Positions 1-11,519 are shown, counted from the first letter of the stretch. The stretch is DNA of 64,000 nucleotides from Octopus sinensis (GCF_006345805.1 NC_043019.1:2046001-2110000); one strand, 5' to 3'. The notes: a model not told the origin generated them from the letters alone. Program-made: numbers and translations.

Positions 1-33
1 ACTGCTCCCTAAGCAGGAAAATCTTTTTTAGCC

Positions 34-834
34 ATGTTGAACATGGCAAAAGAGATACAAAAACATTCTAACCATCACTCAACACCATCCTATGCTATTA
101 CCCCAGTGCACCAATTCCCCACATTGCTGCCACTAACACACACAAAAAATCCAAGCCCCCTGCAACAGTCAAAACCAGCCACTACACTAACCTCCACATT
201 CCTACTCAATGCACAAGGTGTCAGCCCTTCCATCAATGCACAAAAATGGAAGGTCCAATTCATTGAAGACTGGGTTGGTAACCATTCACACCACATCCCT
301 TTCTTCATTCTCACTGAGACCCACCTTGACAACTCCCACTTGGAAGCCGAAGTGAGAGTGAAGAATTTCACAACCATCCGCGCGCATCGTATCGGCAGGA
401 GGAAGGGTGGAACTGCCATTTTCCTGCATGATTCATTTACGGCAGATGGAAATAGTATATTCTCCAACGGCTACTGTGAATCAGTCACCGTGCACAACAA
501 AGCCAATGACCTGACAGTAATTGGGCTCTATAACATGAAATTCCACCAGCCGAAAGCTAATCCTAGTGACCTTCCTCCAGCCCACCCATTTGACAACATG
601 GATCTCCATAATGCCAACTGGGATGCAATCAGGAACGAGCTATCGCATGTTGACTGGTCCTTTACACATACACACATCTCCACCAACCATAAGACATCTT
701 GGCAGATCTTTGTAGACACCGTCACAGACATATGTGCAAAACACTCCCCACCAAGACCTGTGAACAAAAAGTGCAGAATCCCCAAAACAGAAAAACCATT
801 ATCAGAAAATAAAAAGAACAAACAAAAAAATTAA
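34..834 (+). pseudogene. LINE ORF2 endonuclease region, internally deleted and frameshifted
   Basis: After VIGLY (~530) the protein jumps to the post-endonuclease linker (ANWDAIRNELSHVDW); GDFN and SDH motifs are absent. Two apparent 1-bp losses in A-runs near 785 and 808 separate it from the RT frame. Confidence 0.8.
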
Positions 835-919
835 CAAACTAAAGTACTGCCAACAGCAACACACACATTCGACGGCTATCGCACTGCTTGAATCCAAAAA
901 ATATAACCTCCAACAATGC

Positions 920-2800
920 ATGAAGACCCTCATCAATAACCAAAGATCAGCTGAGGAGAAGTGGGCCATTGAAAAAATCAAACTCAACCCCAAAGTGTTC
1001 TTTTCATTTGCGAGGAAACGCAGGGTCACTGTCTCCACTGTAGGCCCTCTAATTGACGAAACTGGCACTCTCCAAGATAATGCCAAATCCATGGCCGAGA
1101 TACTGCAGAAACAATACTGCTCTGTTTTCAGCAATCCTGATATGGCCGATCTGGGCTGTATCAGTGATGTCAACCCCCAACACACTATATCGGACATAAC
1201 GTTTAGTGCCCCTGATGTCTTAGCGGCGATAAACGAAATAAAACACAATTCAGCAGTAGGCCCCGATAGGTTCCCTGCTTGTGTCCTGAAGGTGTGTCGA
1301 CACCAACTTGCATCTCCCCTTGCTAATCTGTGGAGAAACTCACTGGATGCTGGCTATTTTCCAAAAAACCTTCTGTCCCAGTCTGTTGTCCCAGTTTTCA
1401 AAAAGGGAAACAAGTCCCTTGCAGTGAATTACCGTCCGATCTCACTCACCTCTCATATCATCAAGGTATTTGAGAGGGTGGTGAGATCTCGAATAACCCA
1501 ATTTCTGGAAGGCAACAGACGGCTGATCTCCAACCAACATGGGTTCCGTAATGGAAGAGACTGCCTAACGCAGCTCCTGCATCACTTTGAGGACATTTTG
1601 AGAGCTTTGGGAGAGGGCTCCAACACCGATGTCATCTACCTTGATTTCAGTAAGGCCTTCGACAGGGTCGATCACAAGATCCTATTGAAAAAACTATCCA
1701 ACATTGGTGTCTCTGGAAAGTTATTGAAATGGATCAAGTGTTTCCTGACAGACAGATCTCAACATGTTGTAGTTGAAGGGGTAAAATCAAGCCCAGCCAA
1801 AGTCAGTAGTGGCGTTCCGCAAGGCACTGTGCTGGGCCCACTTCTTTTCATCATTTACATTAATGACATTAATGACATTAATGACATCATCAAGCACAGC
1901 AACATAAAAATCTTTGCAGATGACTCCAAGCTACAGAAGGTCATAAATGAGGCGAGTGACCGGACATGCCTTCAGTCAGATCTACTGGCTGTTATCCAAT
2001 GGGCAGAAAAAAACAATATGCTGCTGAACGAGGATAAATTTGAGCTAATCCACTTTGGAAAAGAGGATGCCCTGAAACTCCCATACTCCCTTCCTTCAGG
2101 TGAAACTCTCGCGGCGTCCAACAACATCAGAGACCTGGGAGTAATTGTGGACAACAACATAAGCTGGGCCACTCATATAAACACCAAAGTTGACATGGCC
2201 CGCAGAATGTGTTCCTGGATTCTCAGAACTTTCCAGTCGAGAGATATCCACACCATTATCCTTCTCTTCTCCACTTTTGCCCGACCCCACCTTGAATACT
2301 GTTGTCCACTGTGGTCTCCCCACACAATACAAGGTATCAAAAAAGTTGAAGCACCTCAAAGGGCAATCACAAAAAAGATAGATGGCATGACAGGCCTCGA
2401 CTATTGGGGTCGACTAGAAAAGCTAAAACTCTATTATCTCCAACGTCGTCGTGAGCGCTACATCATCTGCATGATGTGGAAAATATTCCATCAGCATTGC
2501 CCAAATGATGTTGGCATCACCTTTAAGGTACATCCAAGGCTTGGGCCCCGTGCCATCCGCCCAAAACAAAAATCGCACTCTCATCTCATAACAACAATAC
2601 GGCACAATTATTTCACCTCAAGTGGCCCCGCTCTCTTTAACATTACACCAAAACACATTAAAACAGAAACTGACCCTATAGGGTTCAAGAAGTCTTTGGA
2701 CAGATTCCTTCAAGAAATCCCGGATAAACCCCCTACACCCGGATACGTCTCTGTAAACAATAACTATCTACTTGAGTGGGCCATAGTGCCCAAATTCTGA
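920..2800 (+). CDS. Reverse transcriptase domain plus C-terminus of LINE ORF2 (626 aa open frame)
   Basis: Non-LTR RT motifs in correct order; C-terminus FKKSLDRFLQEIPDKPPTPGY is typical of CR1-group elements. Confidence 0.92.
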   Translation: MKTLINNQRSAEEKWAIEKIKLNPKVFFSFARKRRVTVSTVGPLIDETGTLQDNAKSMAEILQKQYCSVFSNPDMADLGCISDVNPQHTISDITFSAPDVLAAINEIKHNSAVGPDRFPACVLKVCRHQLASPLANLWRNSLDAGYFPKNLLSQSVVPVFKKGNKSLAVNYRPISLTSHIIKVFERVVRSRITQFLEGNRRLISNQHGFRNGRDCLTQLLHHFEDILRALGEGSNTDVIYLDFSKAFDRVDHKILLKKLSNIGVSGKLLKWIKCFLTDRSQHVVVEGVKSSPAKVSSGVPQGTVLGPLLFIIYINDINDINDIIKHSNIKIFADDSKLQKVINEASDRTCLQSDLLAVIQWAEKNNMLLNEDKFELIHFGKEDALKLPYSLPSGETLAASNNIRDLGVIVDNNISWATHINTKVDMARRMCSWILRTFQSRDIHTIILLFSTFARPHLEYCCPLWSPHTIQGIKKVEAPQRAITKKIDGMTGLDYWGRLEKLKLYYLQRRRERYIICMMWKIFHQHCPNDVGITFKVHPRLGPRAIRPKQKSHSHLITTIRHNYFTSSGPALFNITPKHIKTETDPIGFKKSLDRFLQEIPDKPPTPGYVSVNNNYLLEWAIVPKF

Positions 2801-2890
2801 CTTGAAAGACTTCACCAGGTGGTGCTATTAAGTTAGACATGGCCTGGGCCAATAATGGCCGAAACCTATCAAAGTATCAAAGTATCAAAG

Positions 2891-2927
<37 letters not shown>

Positions 2928-2964
2928 ATAATAGATTGTTAGATAGATTGATAGATATATATAT

Positions 2965-3029
<65 letters not shown>

Positions 3030-3175
3030 GAAATAGATAGATAGATAGCTATCTGTTAAAACACATATTCACACACACAAACACACATATATACATTTAT
3101 AAATACATAAATACAAACATACATGCATACATAATACATATAGATAGATACAAGCATATATATATATATACGTAT
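2891..3175. repeat. (TA)n/(TG)n/(TAGA)n/(CATA)n compound microsatellite
   Basis: Direct reading. Confidence 0.95.
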
Positions 3176-3828
3176 ATGCCTAGTTACACGCATTTCAATG
3201 TTTGTTTAGTTAAATACTTGATTTCCGACAGCAGCCTACAGCTATGTTTAACGTAAAAGACCGGTCACCGTAAGTGCTTGTAAAGCTGAACCGCCATATT
3301 TGTCAATTGGTTATTTCATCGAACATAAAGCTGAATAAAATGTCTCCTGCTGTTTCTAGACATCCACTTATATCTAAAGTGTTTTCTTATCAAACTTTTT
3401 TGCCTTTTCTCTCGGCCCTCTTACTGCATGTCTGTCATTTTTCAACGACTCCAGTACGCTGGCTTAGCGACAATTCTGTTATACTATATATTTATCTTAA
3501 TTTATTAATTTGTACTTCAACATTTATATCAACATTCCTACGTGATTTATCATGATTTACCGAAAGAATTATCAGTTTGATTGTTTATTTGAACGCTGAA
3601 ATCAAGTATTTAGTATCAGAAATAAATGTATGCCTACTCAATACGTCATAACATTTAGCTTAATGTTAAATATTGTCTTCACTTAAACGATAACAAAACA
3701 TTAAGGTATACAATAAATGGTGGCCATGAAATGAATCGATTATCTTTATAAAAATAACTTGAAATTTTTTGTTCTAAGAACAAATGAGCTGCAAATATAA
3801 ATATTCAATCTCAGTTACATTGGTATAT

Positions 3829-3838
3829 TATCATCATC

Positions 3839-3891
<53 letters not shown>

Positions 3892-3915
3892 CATCATCAT
3901 CATCATCATCATCAT

Positions 3916-3948
<33 letters not shown>

Positions 3949-3952
3949 AATT

Positions 3953-4002
<50 letters not shown>

Positions 4003-4055
4003 AATTATCATCATCATCATCATCATCATAATTATCATCATCATCATCATCATCC

Positions 4056-4091
<36 letters not shown>

Positions 4092-4106
4092 CCATCTCCG
4101 TTGTCA
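3829..4106. repeat. (CAT)n microsatellite with CCT/AAT/TAT interruptions
   Basis: Direct reading; explains the poly-H/M/D ORFs. Confidence 0.97.
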
Positions 4107-4374
4107 TCTTTCGACAACAACTTTGTTTTGTTCTAACTAAGATGGCGGACGCATCCCACCCTGTTCTATCACAGGTCTTTCCAAATTAGTCAGTAGTCAC
4201 TGTACCACTGTCCCACATCAGATACTTCATCAACGGTTTCAAAATTGGACGCAATATTACCTAAGCATGAGTAACTCACTTTAGCTTAATGGCTATTAAA
4301 GAATGCATATTACTTATATGTGTTAGGGAAAATGCTGCCTAACTAGGGACAGGACACTTCTAGTTGCGTTAGTG

Positions 4375-4466
4375 CATACATACATACATACAATCACACA
4401 CACACAAGCTCATACATACATACAAACATAGACAACAACATACATACATACACACAAGCACATACA

Positions 4467-4534
<68 letters not shown>

Positions 4535-4643
4535 CATACATATATATATATACATATAAATATACATACATATATATACATATATATATATACATATACA
4601 TATATATATATATATATTATATATACATATATTATATATATAT

Positions 4644-4724
<81 letters not shown>

Positions 4725-4725
4725 T
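4375..4725. repeat. (TACA)n/(TA)n microsatellite
   Basis: Direct reading. Confidence 0.95.
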
Positions 4726-5049
4726 AGTTTGTAAAAGTTTTTAATTCTCATCTCACTAAATTTATCCAGCTATTGTGTATCTAGTACACTCTTCGCCTTG
4801 AATGTAATGATATATGTATAATATATGGCGTGTACTGGTACACCGGCGATTATAATTAATTTTATTGTATCGCATTTATCTTTGTTTACATATTCTCTCG
4901 ATAAATTTCTGACCGTTAGACGATATACCACAATCCCCTATTTTGTCGGGTTTGTTCGGAGTCTGCGCAGTGTTTTGAATAGTTTAGAAAGAGCATTTCG
5001 ATAGACGCACATGGATCTATTGGTATGGTCTTTCCATCGTTAACAGGAA

Positions 5050-5122
5050 TCTTACTGAAGAGCCAGCCTGAGTAAATAAATACTATTTTTATTACTGAAT
5101 TTGGCGAAACTGCAGTATAAGA
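5050..5122 (+). ncRNA. Type I hammerhead ribozyme, copy 1
   Basis: TCTTA-CTGAAGA-GCCA..TGGC-GAAA-CTGCAG-TA|TAAGA. Helix I TCTTA/TAAGA, canonical core, palindromic helix III ACTGCAGT, GUA cleavage after 5117. Confidence 0.88.
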
Positions 5123-5457
5123 AAAGTTAAGTTTGTAAAAGTTTTTAATTCTCATCTCACTAAATTTATCCAGCTATTGTGTTTCTAGTACACTCTTCGC
5201 CTTGAATGTAATGATATATGTATAATATATGGCGTGTACTGGTACACCGGCGATTATAATTAATTTTATTGTATCGCATTTATCTTTGTTTACATATTCT
5301 CTCGATAAATTTCTGACCGTTAGACGATATATATACCACAATCCCCTATTTTGTCGGGTTTGTTCGGAGTCTGCGCAGTGTTTTGAATAGTTTAGAAAGA
5401 GCATTTCGATAGACGCACATGGATCTATTGGTATGGTCTTTCCATCGTTAACAGGAA

Positions 5458-5530
5458 TCTTACTGAAGAGCCAGCCTGAGTAAATAAATACTATTTTTAT
5501 TACTGAATTTGGCGAAACTGCAGTATAAGA
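5458..5530 (+). ncRNA. Type I hammerhead ribozyme, copy 2
   Basis: Same as copy 1; predicted cleavage after 5525. Confidence 0.88.
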
Positions 5531-5861
5531 AAAGTTAAGTTTGTAAAAGTTTTTAATTCTCATCTCACTAAATTTATCCAGCTATTGTGTATCTAGTACA
5601 CTCTTCGCCTTGAATGTAATGATATATGTATAATATATGGCGTGTACTGGTACACCGGCGATTATAATTAATTTTATTGTATCGCATTTATCTTTGTTTA
5701 CATATTCTCTCGATAAATTTCTGACCGTTAGACGATATACCACAATCCCCTATTTTGTCGGGTTTGTTCGGAGTCTGCGCAGTGTTTTGAATAGTTTAGA
5801 AAGAGCATTTCGATAGACGCACATGGATCTATTGGTATGGTCTTTCCATCGTTAACAGGAA

Positions 5862-5934
5862 TCTTACTGAAGAGCCAGCCTGAGTAAATAAATACTATTT
5901 TTATTACTGAATTTGGCGAAACTGCAGTATAAGA
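5862..5934 (+). ncRNA. Type I hammerhead ribozyme, copy 3
   Basis: Same as copy 1; predicted cleavage after 5929. Confidence 0.88.
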
Positions 5935-6266
5935 AAAGTTAAGTTTGTAAAAGTTTTTAATTCTCATCTCACTAAATTTATCCAGCTATTGTGTATCTAG
6001 TACACTCTTCGCCTTGAATGTAATGATATATGTATAATATATGGCGTGTACTGGTACACCGGCGATTATAATTAATTTTATTGTATCGCATTTATCTTTG
6101 TTTACATATTCTCTCGATAAATTTCTGACCGTTAGACGATATACCACAATCCCCTATTTTGTCGGGTTTGTTCGGAGTCTGCGCAGTGTGTTTTGAATAG
6201 TTTAGAAAGAGCATTTCGATAGACGCACATGGATCTATGGTATGGTCTTTCCATCGTTAACAGGAA

Positions 6267-6341
6267 TCTTACTGAAGAGCCAGCCTGAGTAAATAAATAC
6301 TATTTTTATTACTGAATTTGGGACGAAACTGCAGTATAAGA
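6267..6341 (+). ncRNA. Type I hammerhead ribozyme, copy 4 (helix II disturbed)
   Basis: Core intact, but TTTGGC reads TTTGGGAC; predicted cleavage after 6336. Confidence 0.7.
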
Positions 6342-6506
6342 AAAGTTAAGTTTGTAAAGGTTTTAATTCTCATCTCACTAAATTATCCAGCTATTGTGTA
6401 TCTAGTACACTCTCGCCTTGAATGTAATGATATATGTATAATATATGGCGTGTACTGGTACACCGGCGATTATAATTAATTTTATTGTATCGCATTTATC
6501 TTTGTT

Positions 6507-6550
<44 letters not shown>

Positions 6551-6779
6551 TATATATTATATATATATATATATATCGGCCGCACAATTTCCAAGTTTTT
6601 TGCAGTCTCAGAGGTGTATACACATCTTCTGACTATGGACAACCAGCGAGGAGAAAATAAAGATGGCTTCTAGCTGAAGATATTCAGGATAATTCTTTGG
6701 TCAACACAAGATGCATAGATGCTTTGATAAATTAGAGTCACCAGATAATTTTAAATATATTTCCAGATGGTATACATTA

Positions 6780-6999
6780 TACCTATTTCTCTACTACCCA
6801 CAAGGGGCTAAACACAGACAGACAAAGGGATTAAGTCGATTATATCGTCCCCCAGTGCGTAACTGGTACTTATTTAATCGGCCCCGAAAAGATGAAAGGC
6901 AAAGTCGACCTCGGCGGAATTTGAACTCAGAGCGTAGCGGCAGACGAAATACTGCTAAGCGTTTCGCCCGGCGTGCTAACGTTTCTGCCAGCTAGCCGC
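6780..6999 (-). mobile_element. tRNA-derived SINE family A (Nin-domain-like body)
   Basis: Head GGCGAGCTGGCAGAAACG, B-box-like GAGTTCAAATTCC, body GACTTTGCCTTTCATC..AAGTACCAG, tail AAAGAAATAGG; many copies in window. Confidence 0.85.
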
Positions 7000-8189
7000 T
7001 ATGCATTATACCATTAACCGCACAATGATGTCAAGTAGTCGACGACTAGATACAGCTGAACTTTGTTATTAAATCTTATAACTCCAACTGTATTGAATGT
7101 AACATGTGTTGAGTGTTACTTTCATTTGTTCCTTTACACATACATATATAATGTAAGATCAATAAATATGGAATTAGAACAAGACAGAGAGAAAAAAGTT
7201 TGACAAATATGGTATTAGTTTTATGCATGCGTAGTTGAAAGGATTTGGAAGTGTTTTAACGTTTTAGATATTACTCCTTCTAACATAAAGTAAAAGAGAA
7301 GCAGAAAGGCATTAAAGAGGAAAAGAAACATATTGAGTGTATAAAAAAGAAAAAGATAGATAAAAATTTACAAAGTTAAAAATTCAGGAAAGAAGGAATG
7401 GAGGTTGATGGTGAAGATTTATGAACAAAGTGGGAATACTATTCTGAAGAGTGATTTAAGGTAGTAGGAAGAAAATGCACTTTCAAAGATGCCTGTGTCA
7501 CAGTGTTTCAGTTTCTGAAATCGAGCATAAGAAAGAACATTGGACACATGAGGCTTGGAGGGGGAATATGCATGTGTATAGATGCGGGTAAGAATCGTAG
7601 TATGGTGCTGTTAGTTAGCGGGTTTTCTGGGAGGACATTGACGCGCTTGTAACTGTTAAGTAGGTGGGAATTCATGTATATTACACTGTGGAGGCAAATG
7701 TGTGTGACTAAAGCTATCCATGAAGTACTTCAACACAACATGTGCAATGTATGAGGTATTATTTCCATGTAAATGCCAACCCACACAAGCTTGTAAGAGT
7801 GGGAAAGGGTTTTCCAGGGATGGTGGTTGGGAAAGAAAGAACAAACAGTTTTTAACTGTCGACATGCTAAAGTTTCGAGATGAAGTGCTCAATCCGGGAA
7901 GCTGCTAGAATTTTAAGAATATGGTAAACGTTTCGAGAAAGTGAAGGTGTCGAAGAAGTAGTTGGAATAACATAGATGCTAGAAGATAAAAAGTAAGACG
8001 TAGGGCGTCTCATTGTCTTTTTTACTTTCTCAACTAAGAGCTGAACAAAAGTGGATATTAATTAAATGCAAAAACAAATTGACGAAAAACTTAAAGGAAA
8101 GGTTTTGTAAATATTTTCATAGTCGTCACGTAGGTAGGACATTTTCCTTTCTCTCTCTCTCTCTCTTTTCCTCTTTCTTTCTTTCTCTC

Positions 8190-9146
8190 TGGCAGAAACG
8201 TTAGCACGCCGGGCGAAATGATTTGCAGTACTTCGTCTGCCGTTACGTTCTGAGTTCAAATTCCGCCGAGGTCGACTTTGCCTTTCATCCTTTCGAGGTC
8301 GATAAATTAAGTACCAGTTGCACACTGGAGTCGATGTAATCGACTTAGTCCGTTTGTATGCCCTTGTTTGTCCTCTCTGTGTTTAGCCCCTTGTGGGTAG
8401 TAAAGAAATAGGTATTTCGTCCGCCGCTACGTTCTGAGTTCAAATTCCGCCGAGGTCGACTTTGCCTTTCATCATTTCGGGGTTGATTAAATAAGTACCA
8501 GTTGCACACTGGTGTCGATGTAATCGACTTAATCCGTGTGTCTGTCCTTGTTTGTCCTCTCTGTGTTTAGCCCCTTGTGGGTAGTAAAGAAATAGGTATT
8601 TCGTCCGCCGCTACGTTCTGAGTTCAAATTCCGCCGAGGTCGACTTTGCCTTTCATCATTTCGGGGTTGATTAAATAAGTACCAGTTGCACACTGGTGTC
8701 GATGTAATCGACTTAATCCGTGTGTCTGTCCTTGTTTGTCCTCTCTGTGTTTAGCCCCTTGTGGGTAGTAAAGAAATAGGTATTTCGTCCGCCGCTACGT
8801 TCTGAGTTCAAATTCCGCCGAGGTCGACTTTGCCTTTCATCATTTCGGGGTTGATTAAATAAGTACCAGTTAATGGGATCGATATAATCGACTTAATCCG
8901 TGTGTCTGTCTTGTTTGTCTCTCTCTGTGCCCTTTAGCCCCTTGTGGGTAGTAAAGAAATAGGTATTTCGTCCGCCGCTACGTTCTGAGTTCAAATTCCG
9001 CCGAGGTCGACTTTGCCTTTCATCATTTCGGGGTTGATTAAATAAGTACCAGTTAATGGGATCGATATAATCGACTTAATCCGTGTGTCTGTCCTTGTTT
9101 GTCCTCTCTGTGTTTAGCCCTTTGTGATTAGTAAAGAAATAGGTAG
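8190..9146 (+). mobile_element. SINE family A: one head followed by five tandem bodies (~184-bp period)
   Basis: AATAGGTA junction at 8411, 8595, 8779, 8962 and 9142. Confidence 0.93.
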
Positions 9147-10389
9147 TGACAGATCTGAAAAATTGTGTTTATGAGTGCAAATATATATTTGGTTCTGAAG
9201 CCTGATGGTTTAAGCAGCAGCAGCCGAAGAAGGAGAAGAAGAAGAAGAGGAAGAAGAAGAAGAAGAGGAAGAGGAAGAAGAAGAAGAAGAGGAAGAGGAA
9301 GAAGAAGAAGAAGAAGAAGAAGAAGAAGAAGAAGAAGAAGAAGAAGAAGAAGAAGAAGATAAGAGCGGTATTACCTATTTCTTTGCTACCCACAAGGGGC
9401 TAAACACAGAGAGGACAAACAAGGACAGACAAACGGATTAAGTCGATTACTCGACCCCAGTGCGTAACTGGTACTTATTTAATCGATTCCGAAAGGATGA
9501 AAGGCAAAGTCGACCTCGGCGGAATTTGAACTCAGAACGTACCGGCAGACGAAATACGGCTACGCATTTCGCCCGGCGTGCTAACGTTTCTGCCAGCTCG
9601 CTGCCTTAGACAGGATCAGTATTACCCCGTAGTAAAGGCTGTCAGTGAAATCCTGCTTTAATGATCAAGTGGCCTCACAGTGATCTGTTGTGGTTGTAGT
9701 AGCAGTAGTAAACAGTAGAACTGTTCTAAATATGTCTATCGTTTTTAATATTTTCTCCTATAGGAGTGTCATCGGTGGCGAAAGCATTCAAATAAGGTTT
9801 ATATTCTGTGATAAAATATGATTCTTTGCTAATGCACTGATTATAGGTTGCATTGTCCCTAAAATTATAGAGGGGAAAATTCTAAAGCTGGGTTGTTCAT
9901 TATTGGCGCAAATGTCGGTGTGTTGACTTAACGCTATTTTTCTGTATTCTCGTATTTTAATCTGGGATCTGTTTTCGGTTATCCTCTGGCGTAGACTGTA
10001 TTTAGACTGACATAAGAATTTTTCCCCTCTACAATACAACCTATAATCAATGCATTAGTAGAGAATGATATTTTATTGCAAAATATAAACTCCTTTTAAA
10101 TCCTTCCACCATAGACAGCACTACTACTGGGATCTTGGAATAATGTCCACGGGAATATTCAAAACGATATAGTCAGAACAATCATTACCAACGATTTTAT
10201 TCAGAACATTTCCTACAGGTACTGCTACTACAATCAAATACTGTTATTATGAGGCCACTTGACCATTAAAGCAAATTCCACGGGTAATAACACTCCTCTC
10301 TTTTTCTTCTTCTTATTCTTCTTCTCCTCATCCTTCTTCTTCTTCTTCTTCTTCTTTACTTCATTGTTTCTTCTTTCTTTTCCTCCTCC

Positions 10390-10427
<38 letters not shown>

Positions 10428-10920
10428 TTCTCCTTATTCTTCTTCTTCTTCTTTTTTCCTTCATTGTTTCTTCTTTCTTTTCCTCCTCCTCCTCTTCCTC
10501 TTCTTCTTCTTCCTCTTCTTCTTTTTTCCGTCATTGTTTCTTCTTTCTTTTCCTCCTCCTCCACCTCTTCTTCTTCTTCTTCTTCTTCTTCTTCCCTCTT
10601 CTTCTTTTTTCCGTCATTGTTTCTTCTTTCTTTTCCTCCTCCTCCACCTCTTCTTCTTCTTCTTCTTCTTTTCTTCTTCTTCTTCTTCCTCTCCTTCTTC
10701 TTCTTTCTTTTTTTCTTCATTGTTTCTTCTTTCTTTTCCTCCTCCTCTTCTTCTTCTTCTTCTTCTTCTTCTTCTTTTTCCTTCATTTTTTTCTTCCTTC
10801 TTCTCTTCTCCTTCTCCTTCTTCGGCTGCTGCTGCTGCTGCCGCTGCTTAACCCATCACGCTTCAGAACCAAATATATTTTTGCACCCCAAAATACAATT
10901 TTTCAGATCTGCCTCTACCT
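9141..10920. repeat. Diverged ~1.8-kb fold-back with (GAA)n/(TTC)n tracts in the arms
   Basis: Reverse-complement pairs: 9150-9235/10805-10910, 9655-9710/10220-10280, 9793-9850/10036-10095, 9867-9882/10015-10031. Confidence 0.8.
9373..9605 (-). mobile_element. SINE family A inserted in the left arm of the fold-back
   Basis: Full head, body and tail; no counterpart in the right arm. Confidence 0.88.
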
Positions 10921-11169
10921 ACCTAACGAACATTCACAAAGGAGAAAAAGAGGCTGCGAGACAGAAAAAAGGAATATTTCCGACCTATTTGAAGACTATA
11001 TTTTCAAAACATTTCATTTCATGTTTTCTTCAATTTAAACATTTTTCTTCTTAATTAGTATCCACATTTGTTTTACTCTTAATTGAAACGTCGAAAAGAC
11101 AGGAACCGTTTATTAACCATTACAAAATGTATTTCATAATAGAATTACTTTAGCATTTTCTACTTTGGT

Positions 11170-11226
11170 CTTATTTTCAATATATGTTATATATATATAT
11201 CTATATTATATATATATTATATATGC

Positions 11227-11305
<79 letters not shown>

Positions 11306-11341
11306 TATATATATATATGTATAATATGTTATATATATATC

Positions 11342-11376
<35 letters not shown>

Positions 11377-11439
11377 TTATATATTTTATATATACAAAAC
11401 ATATATTTATGATATACAGACACACACACTCATTTATAT

Positions 11440-11492
<53 letters not shown>

Positions 11493-11519
11493 CATTTGTA
11501 TATATATATATATATCTAT
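11170..11519. repeat. (TA)n microsatellite
   Basis: Direct reading. Confidence 0.95.

Larger units (their letters stand above)
1..2890 (+). mobile_element. Decayed non-LTR retrotransposon (CR1/L2-group LINE), 3' end complete, 5' end outside window
   Basis: APE endonuclease start (FLLNAQG, FILTETHL, RRKGGTAIF) in 34-834. RT in 920-2800 (YRPISLTS, QHGFR, YLDFSKAFD, GVPQGTVLGP, FADD). 3' UTR has a GGCC-AATAAT-GGCC stem-loop (2847-2860) and a (TATCAAAG)3 tail (2867-2890). Confidence 0.93.
4726..6508 (+). repeat. Tandem array of a ~404-bp unit (about 4.4 copies), retrozyme-like
   Basis: GTTTGTAAA marker at 4727, 5131, 5539, 5943 and 6350 (periods 404, 408, 404, 407); units near-identical; (TA)n on both sides. 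Confidence 0.97.

Noticed and set aside
3784-4140. Poly-His/Met/Asp ORFs and the many Y/I/C/V/H/T-rich ORFs across the window
   Set aside because: They are translations of microsatellites, with no domain content.
4916-5563. 79-129-aa minus-strand ORFs repeated in the 404-bp unit
   Set aside because: No motif recognised, and length depends on a 4-bp slip. The conserved feature is the plus-strand RNA fold.
6577-6620. Minus-strand CTGAGA...GAAATTG next to the 404-bp array
   Set aside because: Truncated by (TA)n with no helix I 3' strand, so it cannot be evaluated.
7400-8010. Possible old LINE RT C-terminus on the minus strand
   Set aside because: Too decayed for me to support motif assignments without a search.
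8190-9146. CRISPR-like or tRNA-array appearance of the regular repeats
   Set aside because: There are no unique spacers or cas genes. Units are SINE bodies with only a B-box-like motif and no cloverleaf.
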